A stretch of 64,000 bases of DNA, from assembly GCA_010356995.1 (NCBI GenBank), contig ML996688.1, positions 992,001-1,056,000 of the forward strand, written 5' to 3'. The notes beneath the pieces were generated by a model. The model was not told the origin of the DNA and searched no databases. It saw nothing but the letters and a program-made list of their open reading frames with translations. The translations under genes and the position numbers were made by a program. Position 1 is the first letter of the stretch. Each line of letters starts with the position of its first letter. Shown here piece after piece: positions 12,617 through 20,273 of the stretch. This stretch comes from Trichodelitschia bisporula. Taxonomy: Eukaryota.

Positions 12617-13330
12617 TCATATCCTCGGGAGAGCATGGCAACCAGAGTCAGGTGTACTAGCACCGCCAGCGCCGAGTGAAGCAGCATCAGATGGACCGGC
12701 ACCGCCAACGCCAAGTGAACCAGCATTAGATTGACCGGCACCGAACGTTAGAGCCGACGACACACTCGCTGTGAGGGTGTTGGTATCGAAGATGGAACGA
12801 AAGACTGGACCCGCGGTCCGTGCCTCAAGTGTAGAGATCTCGGCATAGCGGGTGCTGGAACCAGGTATGTCGGGAGCTAGAGCGCCAGTACCGGCCAGTC
12901 CGGCATCAGTTGTACGAGAAGTGAGCGCGCCGGCACGAACCGTATCAGTACCGATAATCCCCACAGAGTTCCCGGTGTCTATGGCCGTATTATGCTTCGT
13001 CTCCTTCGTCTGCTTCGCGTTCTCCCTCTCCGGTCCCTTCGCGCCCTTGGTAGGCACCTTGCCGTCCTTGCCGACGCGTCTCGACTTCTTTTGTTCCCGG
13101 TAGCGCACCGTGCGGGCGCCGCATTGCTCGCACATCTTGAGCCACCGCCCCTCCTTCCACAACCGCCGGTTTTGCGGCCCGGGCTCAGCGGGATCTTGCG
13201 GACCTGGACCTAGGGAGAAGCGCCTGCCGCAACTGTTGCACCTCACACGCCCGTCGTCGCGGCTTTGGCTGTCGGGAGGACGACCAGAGGGAGGGTTTGG
13301 AGGAGGCTGCGGGGAACCTGCTGGAAGCAT
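12617..13330 (-). CDS. Array copy A5: unknown 4-Cys putative zinc-finger/NLS protein, 237 aa (tail probably frameshifted; alternative-frame stop at 12564)
   Basis: QSRDDGRVRCNSCGRRFSLGPGPQDP...RRLWKEGRWLKMCEQC followed by KKSRR. Confidence 0.75.
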   Translation of the reverse strand: MLPAGSPQPPPNPPSGRPPDSQSRDDGRVRCNSCGRRFSLGPGPQDPAEPGPQNRRLWKEGRWLKMCEQCGARTVRYREQKKSRRVGKDGKVPTKGAKGPERENAKQTKETKHNTAIDTGNSVGIIGTDTVRAGALTSRTTDAGLAGTGALAPDIPGSSTRYAEISTLEARTAGPVFRSIFDTNTLTASVSSALTFGAGQSNAGSLGVGGAGPSDAASLGAGGASTPDSGCHALPRI

Positions 13331-14192
13331 TGCGGCTATGCGGTGAAATTGGATCTCTGCTCAAGGATTAGAAGAAGTCCCAGGCTGGAGGAGATATGAA
13401 GACGGGCTGTAAGGACGAGGTGAAGTAGTGCTAAGGGGGTTTGTGTTATATAGTAGAGATTCCAGTCGGAAGTGAATAAGAGCCGGGAGAAGCGAATGAG
13501 GAAGAGCTGGGAGTAGACCAAAGAGGGGCAATTAAAGAAGTAAATGTCAGAGAGCAAGGAATCATTAGTGGGGACTTACAAGTAAACAGCAGAGCGCTGG
13601 AGTGAGCTTTCGCTGAACGGTGGGTAGAATATTGAAAAGATGATTGTGTCCTGGAGGTAACAGTAAATGGAAGAAGATATGAAGTGAGTGGCACGTTGCC
13701 ATTGAGGTTCTCGGCACATTATAAATACTGTGTGGTGCTCCGTGATGGAAGTAATTGTGTTGGGATTTCGGCTTGGCAATTGATACTGGGTGATTGTCCG
13801 TGATGGAAGTATTTGTCTGGGCACTTCGGTCCTGGTTGTTTGTGAGGGGTACGGGGAATTGAATTACTGGTAAGGACTTGTATTATCGGGTTAGAGATCA
13901 GAGGAGCTGATCACCGCAGACCGAAGCGAGTATCAGTCCCGCTTCCGCGGTGGCTACATAACAGTTCCGCTCGTCTGTGCCATCTAACATTCTCCACAGG
14001 CTTCAGCAGTTTCATGTATCACTTTAGCACCTTGAGCAGTTAGCGAAGTTACATATCAGCAGCAGATACTGACAAGTCTCGATGTCTCGTGGGCACCAGA
14101 TTTTATTTTAACAATTTTCATTAATAACAAGTACCGATGGAAGAACAACTGTGCGTACCGGTGGAAGAACACTATGCGCACGGAGCTATTCC

Positions 14193-14858
14193 TTAATTCT
14201 CTTCATCCTCACCTTCGGCAGACTCCCTCAGGCGGGGATCGATGACAGCGTCGTCCAGAGGACGGCGCCTCGGGGCCATTCTACGCCTAGAAGCCGTCTT
14301 ACCCAAGAGCGTACTAGTATCGGGCGTGGGAGCTGACCTTGCACTGGTGCCGGGGGTGTAAGGAGACGGCCCGGGAGGGAAGTACGGACTAGAAGGGGGT
14401 AAGCCAGAACCGGGGCCGTCAGGATAACGCCTACCAAAGTCGTAACCACTACGAGTAGGCGTGCTAGAACTAGTGTCGACTACTTCAGCAGCGGGCGTAC
14501 CCGAGCCGAGCGTGCCGGCACTGTGACCCTTGGCCGTCTTGCGGCGCTTCGGAGTCTTCGCCGGCTTGTCATCCTGAGCATCCTCCGCGGCTTGCTCCTT
14601 CGGCTCCTTGGCCGGCGCATCGTCAGTCCCACATTCAGTCCTTTTCCTCTTTTTTTTCTTGCCAATACGCTACACTCTTGTCCTTGCACCCCTCACATTT
14701 TGCGAGCCAACGGCTGCCGTTCCAGGCGTGGCGAACGTAGTCTCCGGGCTCCGTGGTGGGATTCTAACCCAGACCCAGCAGGAAATGGCGATTGCATGCG
14801 CAGCATTCACGCGATCGTCAGGCCGCGGAAGAGCGTCAGAAGGGCGTGGGAGCGACAT
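14193..14858 (-). pseudogene. Array copy A6: pseudogene with two frameshifts and a nonsense codon in the domain
   Basis: The ATG frame gives MSLPRPSDALPRPDDRV. A shifted frame gives CCACNRHFLLGLG*NPTTEPGDYVRHAWNGSRWLAKCEGC (TAG at 14766-14764). The ATG frame resumes with KKKKRKR...PKRRKTA...VIDPRL...EEN* (stop 14193). It is absent as a single ORF from the track. Confidence 0.8.
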
Positions 14859-15363
14859 AACTGCAGTTCCCGTTCGGTGCGTGAAGAGCGAGGGGAGAAG
14901 TACTGTTTGGTATTGAGGGGAGCTGTTAGCTTATATACTGCAGAATCATGTTGGAAGTGAACGGGAGAGCCTACGAGTGGGACAGAATGCTTTTCATAGT
15001 GAGTTTCGGCGGAGCATATGATGTCGGGATATCAAGGTAAAGAGCGATGGTGAGGAGTGAAGATATTAACAGTAAGAGGTACCACCCCGTAAACGATCGA
15101 ACACTTGGCAATCACCGACAGTTCAAGCTTTTGGAGTATCTTGTAATGTACATATGGCTCCGGCTTCTGGTCACCAGGTTCGGGAAGATAGATTGCCATC
15201 GAGGTGCTCGGTAACTGGGTGAAGGCCCGCAAGGGAAGCTCTCAGAGTATCTCGTAGTACTTATACGGCTCACAATCTCAAGTCTTAGCAAGGTCTCCAA
15301 TCACAAATCCTTCAAACAAACCTGCTTATGACCAATTAAGCGTAACTCTTACGAACAAAAGTC

Positions 15364-15462
15364 AAACGCGAAGTTGATAGACTCGCCTAGCTAAGGCGGA
15401 ATGCCACAGATTGGCCAAACCCATCAGCCCTGAGCCCAGATCAGCATGCTATCGATAAGCCA
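15364..15462. promoter_or_regulatory. Conserved upstream block, copy 3, upstream of A6
   Basis: aaacgcgaagttgata ... aaggcggaatgccacagattggccaaacccatcagccct ... cgataagcc. Confidence 0.6.
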
Positions 15463-16190
15463 AGCCAACCCCAGCTGTCGTATTGAGAGGCAAGTATTTG
15501 ATGCGAGCAGATCTTAGGTCCAGGCAGATGAAGAGAGATGTAAGTAATTCAATTGAGTTGAGAAAAGTAGACTCAATAATGTGTCGACTGGGAGTGGTGT
15601 AGCAGCAGAGAAGGTAGGTAATAAGGCCAACATTGATATTATATGACTGAATAAGACATGGAAGGTACGATATAGAACAGTATAACGCGACTAAAGGATG
15701 AAGGAAGGTGCGAAGTAAGGACGCACGGTATTTTATATATAGACTTAAGGGGCCTCGGGCTCCTCTTCTCCTCTTCGTCTTTTAATTAATTTCGCAATAA
15801 CCACATTGTACCCACGTGCCGTGAGCCCGTCCTTACAGCAGAGAGTGGGAAAGCCGGCTTCGGAGGCCGGAAGAACGTCCTCCCAAGTCATATGCACCGG
15901 AAAGAGAGTTATCACAACACGTCGCGCAGTAAAACACCAAACCGCATAATCATGACCACCATGACCGTCCTTCAACACTCTCCAAACAGCAATCAAAACC
16001 TGGTGAATGGTCAGGGAGGTTGAGGGAAAAGCTTTGAAACAATGCAATCGGCTAACGATCATCTGTATCAATAAGTTATTTGAGAGGGTACATGAGACAA
16101 GGCAGTTAGCGGAGCCATATCATATCAAGCAATGGCATGTTCCAACTTGGAGGCATGAAGCGCGTATTCGAGAAGCGTCAAGTACGAAGC

Positions 16191-17936
16191 TCAGCTTCCA
16201 AAGCGCCAATCCTTTATATCCCCCATACACTGGTCCTCCTCGGCATCTTCCTCATCATCTGCATCCTCCGCACGCTCAGTATCCTCCGCACGCTTAGTAT
16301 TTCTCTGCCTATGATTCAGCGGCTCCTCATCATCGGCGACATGCTCGCCCATGCACATATCTTTGTGACAAATAGGGATGTCGCATGTCAAGCAACCCCA
16401 TGTAGTACTTGGGGCACGCACTCGCCGTTGTCCCTGCCGGATACTTTGCACGCTCAGCTCCGTCAGCGCCTTCCTCCACGAAATTCTGTGCTGGCGGAGG
16501 CGACCGGCACGCACACAATACCGGCAGCGTTGGAACTTCCTCTTACCAAAGACGTGTTCAGACCATCCCCTAAGGATGAGGGGCATCTGATTTGAAGGAC
16601 GGCCCGGATTTTTAAAACTCCCCGCGGCTGTGGTAGGCGTACCCGAGCCGAGCGTGCCGTTAACGGAAGTCCAGACCGGCGGCTTGATAGTGGTCGGCGC
16701 ATCGACTGGCGATGCGCTAACCTCAGAGGTGTCGGACAAATCTGATGAAAAGCGAGGGACGCTAGAAGCGGATATGGAAGAAGGGTGATCACTGAAACCT
16801 CGCGCCGCGGTAGTAGGCGTACCCGAGCTGAGCGTGCCGTTAACGGAAGTCCAGACCGGCGGTTTGATAGTGGTCGGCGCATCGACTGAGGATGCACTAA
16901 CCTCAGAGGTGTCGGACAAATGTGATGAAAAGCGAGGAACGCTAGCAGCGGATATGGAAGAAGAGCGATCACCGAAACCCCGCGCTGTGGTAGTGGGCGT
17001 ACCCAAGCCGAGCGTGCCGTTAACAGAAGTCCAGACCGGCGGCTTCATAGTGGCCGGCGTATCGACTGGGGACGCGCAAGTCCGAGAGGTAGAGGTGTGA
17101 CGAAGGGCTGGGAAAGGAGGGAGAACGCCAGGAGAAAGCATAGGAGCATTAGGAGCACCAGGAGCGAGGATAGGAGCTCCAGGAGCGTGTAAAGGAGGGC
17201 TCGGGGCGAACGAAGAAGAATGGCGGCCACCGAAACCTCGAGCGGCTGCAGGAGATGTACCTGAGCCGTGTGCGGCAGCAGGCGCGGCAGCGCAGGCTAG
17301 CGAGGTATCAGACGTACCTGAGCCTAGCAGGCTTGCGTCGCTCGTGGCATTTACTGACTTATGGCGTATCACTCCTTTAGGCGGCTCGTTGTCACCTTCA
17401 TCCTCCCTTTCCCGCTTTTTATCATTGTCGGCCGGCAGCTCGTCGTATTTAGCCTCCCGTTTCCTCCTCATGTAGTCCTTGTTTCGGTCCCTGCACGACT
17501 CACACATTAGGAGCCAACGGCCCATCAAGCCATCCCACGCGCGTTGAACATGCCTCGCAGTCTCGTTCGGGTCATGTGGGCCTGGACCTAGAGAGAACCA
17601 CCCGCAACATCTTTTACACCGGCTCAGACCACCTTCGCGTGATCTGAGGTCTGAAGGGCGGGCTTCATCTTCCTCCTGCCCCTTCTTCCGCCTTGTCCAC
17701 TTTGCGTATCGTTCATTTCGTCGGTTTCTGCACGCCTCACAATTTTGGAGCCAACGTTTGTTCCACGCGCGTCGAACAAGCTTGGCGCTCTCGACCGGGT
17801 CGTGTAGGCCCGGGCCTAGATAGAACCACCCACCACAACCAGTGCACTGGGGCTGATTGTCTTTGCGTGATTGGAGGTCTGGAGGACGGTCTGGTGGTTG
17901 ATTTGGGAGAAGATCAGGGGGGTCGGAGGAAGCCAT
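16191..17936 (-). CDS. Array copy A7: chimeric 581-aa protein with two family zinc fingers, ~2.5 x 60-aa repeats and a C-terminal piggyBac-transposase-like Cys-rich domain
   Basis: CTGCGGWFYLGPG...RRAW...RWLQNCEAC and CKRCCGWFSLGPG...QRAW...RWLLMCESC. KPPVWTSVNGTL occurs three times. The C-terminus reads EHVFGKRKFQRCRYC...TTWGCLTCDIPICHKDMCMGEH. Confidence 0.75.
   Translation of the reverse strand: MASSDPPDLLPNQPPDRPPDLQSRKDNQPQCTGCGGWFYLGPGLHDPVESAKLVRRAWNKRWLQNCEACRNRRNERYAKWTRRKKGQEEDEARPSDLRSREGGLSRCKRCCGWFSLGPGPHDPNETARHVQRAWDGLMGRWLLMCESCRDRNKDYMRRKREAKYDELPADNDKKREREDEGDNEPPKGVIRHKSVNATSDASLLGSGTSDTSLACAAAPAAAHGSGTSPAAARGFGGRHSSSFAPSPPLHAPGAPILAPGAPNAPMLSPGVLPPFPALRHTSTSRTCASPVDTPATMKPPVWTSVNGTLGLGTPTTTARGFGDRSSSISAASVPRFSSHLSDTSEVSASSVDAPTTIKPPVWTSVNGTLSSGTPTTAARGFSDHPSSISASSVPRFSSDLSDTSEVSASPVDAPTTIKPPVWTSVNGTLGSGTPTTAAGSFKNPGRPSNQMPLILRGWSEHVFGKRKFQRCRYCVRAGRLRQHRISWRKALTELSVQSIRQGQRRVRAPSTTWGCLTCDIPICHKDMCMGEHVADDEEPLNHRQRNTKRAEDTERAEDADDEEDAEEDQCMGDIKDWRFGS
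16340..16615 (-). mobile_element. Probable piggyBac-family transposase C-terminal fragment (Cys-rich zinc-binding domain) fused in frame to A7
   Basis: Pattern H-x9-CxxC-x(n)-TxxxCxxCxxxIC-x4-C-x3-H matches my recollection of the piggyBac CRD. No DDD catalytic core is visible nearby. Confidence 0.55.
16621..17090. repeat. Coding tandem repeat, 180-bp period, ~2.6 units
   Basis: Near-identical blocks begin at 16621, 16801 and 16981 (ggcgtacccRagcYgagcgtgccgttaacRgaagtccagaccggc). Confidence 0.95.
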
Positions 17937-18443
17937 AATTCCTGATGAGGTCTGGCCGGCTCTGCCCGTGAGGATGAGCGGAAGTCGGAGGACCCGAGGA
18001 AATATAAAGAAGTGAGGTGTGAAAATATGGAGGGATATGATGCTGACGGGGATCAGTTATATGCTAGAGAATTCATGCCGAAAGCAAATGGTCAAGAGAC
18101 GGGAGCGTATACCTTAGAACGATGTGATGTTGTTAAGCCAATTGTGGAGAGTGATGTCGTGGATTCGAGAGCGACGCGGCGAGCTGTCGCTTGGGGACTG
18201 GTGCTCATTAACTGAAGCCGTCTGCGTATGTCATCGTATAGATGTAGCTCCGGGTCTTACTCCTAAGTTCTGACGAGGTACAAATGTCATAGAGGTGCTG
18301 CTAGGAAAAGCTGATGCTCCCTAGCTGATGTACCATGATCGGCTCGCACTCGCAAACCATGGTAAGTTGCACAGTCTCCACTAACATATCTGTCAGAAGA
18401 AAGTGATGACCAAATAATCGTTACTTCCCTATGAACTGAAGCC

Positions 18444-18549
18444 AAACGGGAAGTCGATACCCCCACAGCTCCCAAGGCTGAACCCCCCGGATTGGCCGAA
18501 GCTCTCAGCCTTAACCCGACGCCAAGGCCACTACCCGTATCGATAAGCC
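18444..18549. promoter_or_regulatory. Conserved upstream block, copy 4, in the divergent A7/RRP43 intergenic region
   Basis: aaacgggaagtcgata ... aaggctgaaccccccggattggccgaagctctcagcctt ... cgataagcc, ending ~105 bp before the RRP43 ATG. Confidence 0.65.
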
Positions 18550-18654
18550 CACCCCAGTCGGCGCGCAGAAAACACCAAACCGCATCTTCACCACCACAAC
18601 CTCTCCCCTCAACAATAACCCTCCAAACAACCGCACAACCACACAACCACAACA

Positions 18655-19680
18655 ATGGCAACAAAAACCGCCCCTCCAAACCCCCACCAAACCCCCCTCT
18701 CCTTCCCCGCCCCCGTATTCGCAGCCTTCACCCCCTCCGCCTTCCTCCTCGCACACCTCCAACCCACAACCTCCACCCCACCCTCCCGGCCCAACACCCG
18801 CACGCCCCAGCAACCCCGCCCGCTCGCACTCAACACCTCCGCCCTCACCCACAGCAGCGGCAGCTCCGTCGCGCGCCTAGGCGGCACCGCGGCCGTAGCA
18901 GGCATTCGGGCCGAAATCTTGCACGCGCGGAACATACCCGAGCCGCCCGCTATCGACCTCGACGCACCAGACACCGACGACCCGAGCGCGCCGCTGGAGC
19001 CGGATTTTGCCCTCCCCATTGTCGTTCCGAATATCGAAATCGCAGGCGCGGCGCCAGGATTGGTCGCGGGCCAGGCCCCGAGCAGCCGCGCACAAGCTCT
19101 CGCCGCACGTGTCCTCAGCTTACTCCACCTTACGCGGGTGATCCGCGCGAGCGACTTGCGTATAACACGAAAAGCGGTGAACGAGGATGGGGAAGAGGAG
19201 GAGGTGCTCGCGGGATACTGGGTGCTGTACATCGACGTACACGTCATATCCGCGGACGGGAACGTATTCGACGCGATCTGGTTCGCCATCCTCGGCGCGC
19301 TGCGTAACGCGCGCTTACCCCGTGCTGCCTGGAACTCGGACAGCGAAAGTGTTATCTGTGATGCGGATCCAGCGTCTCTTCGGCCGTTGCGCCTGCGGGG
19401 TAACCCGGTCGCGGCTTCATTTGCAGTTTTCGAGCCTGCGCTGGAGAAGGGGTTGCGCGACGAGAAGGGCGTTTGGGTGCTGAATGATCCGGATGGGTTT
19501 GAGGAAGGGGTTTGTAATGGGCAAGGTGTGACAGTAGTCGTGGATAATGGTGTTGTGAGACGGGTTGAGGGGGTGGGTGTACAAGGCTTAGGGGAGGGGT
19601 GGGTTGAGGAGGTTGTGAGGTTAGCGGTGGAGAGGTGGTCTGAATGGATAGGGGCCGTTGGGGTGGGTGGAGGGGAGTAA
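18655..19680 (+). CDS. RRP43: Exosome complex component Rrp43 (RNase PH-like), 341 aa
   Basis: AFLLAHL...R...LNTSALTHSSGSSVARLGGTAAVAGIRAE, YWVLYIDVHVISADGNVFDA and DPDGFEE are typical of fungal Rrp43. Confidence 0.85.
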   Translation: MATKTAPPNPHQTPLSFPAPVFAAFTPSAFLLAHLQPTTSTPPSRPNTRTPQQPRPLALNTSALTHSSGSSVARLGGTAAVAGIRAEILHARNIPEPPAIDLDAPDTDDPSAPLEPDFALPIVVPNIEIAGAAPGLVAGQAPSSRAQALAARVLSLLHLTRVIRASDLRITRKAVNEDGEEEEVLAGYWVLYIDVHVISADGNVFDAIWFAILGALRNARLPRAAWNSDSESVICDADPASLRPLRLRGNPVAASFAVFEPALEKGLRDEKGVWVLNDPDGFEEGVCNGQGVTVVVDNGVVRRVEGVGVQGLGEGWVEEVVRLAVERWSEWIGAVGVGGGE

Positions 19681-20273
19681 GTGATGTGGTGGAGATACAG
19701 CCCGGCTTACAGCTCCTACAGACAGCGGCGGAGAGAGTAGATTTCAGGCGCTCTGCGGCGGATGCGGTGCGTCAGAGGAATCTAGAACTAATGTTTTCCG
19801 CCGTACATCGGGCTTTGCGGGCTCGATTATGATCCTCTTGCCGTATTTCGATACGCCCCCCGGATGTCTGCCTGCCGCCTTGAACTTCACCATGCTGAGT
19901 ATTTCCACTTGCTCGACTATTTGACCGCTTTTCTCTTCGAGCACCGCTTTGACATCTAGACTGAGGTTGAAGTAGCTGATTTGGATGGGCTGCGGAAGAG
20001 GGATTCGGTCTGTGAGGCGTATCCCCATACGTCATACGCCCATATAAATCAGGAGCGATGGGCTTTCAGTCAAATCAGCACCTCTGCGGCGTATCAGGAA
20101 AAGGAATCACACTCGACAGCACAGCACAGCATCAAGAGCACGACCCAGAGCAAGCAATCTATTCCATGGCTACATGCACACATATCCTAACCCGCCCCGT
20201 CGCTAAAACGAAGCGCGGTCCCTAAGACTCCAGATACCTTTTCTCCAACCCCCTCCCCAAACCAAGCTCTTGC

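Noticed and set aside
15854..15870. GC-rich hairpin CCGGCTT-CGG-AGGCCGG as a Helitron 3' end
   Set aside because: No CTRR terminus at the expected distance on either strand, and no Rep/helicase remnants seen.
15745..16071. 108-aa minus-strand ORF downstream of A7
   Set aside because: TTG start, no family or transposase motifs.
7484..18549. Repeated blocks as a CRISPR array, LTRs or MITEs
   Set aside because: Eukaryotic locus, kilobase spacing, diverged copies, and no TG..CA ends, TIRs or TSDs seen. Better explained as duplicated promoter sequence.
19744..20028. 94-aa minus-strand ORF between RRP43 and prpD
   Set aside because: Protein-like but short, with no recognisable motif, and it lies in probable 3'-UTR territory; cannot be supported without a search.
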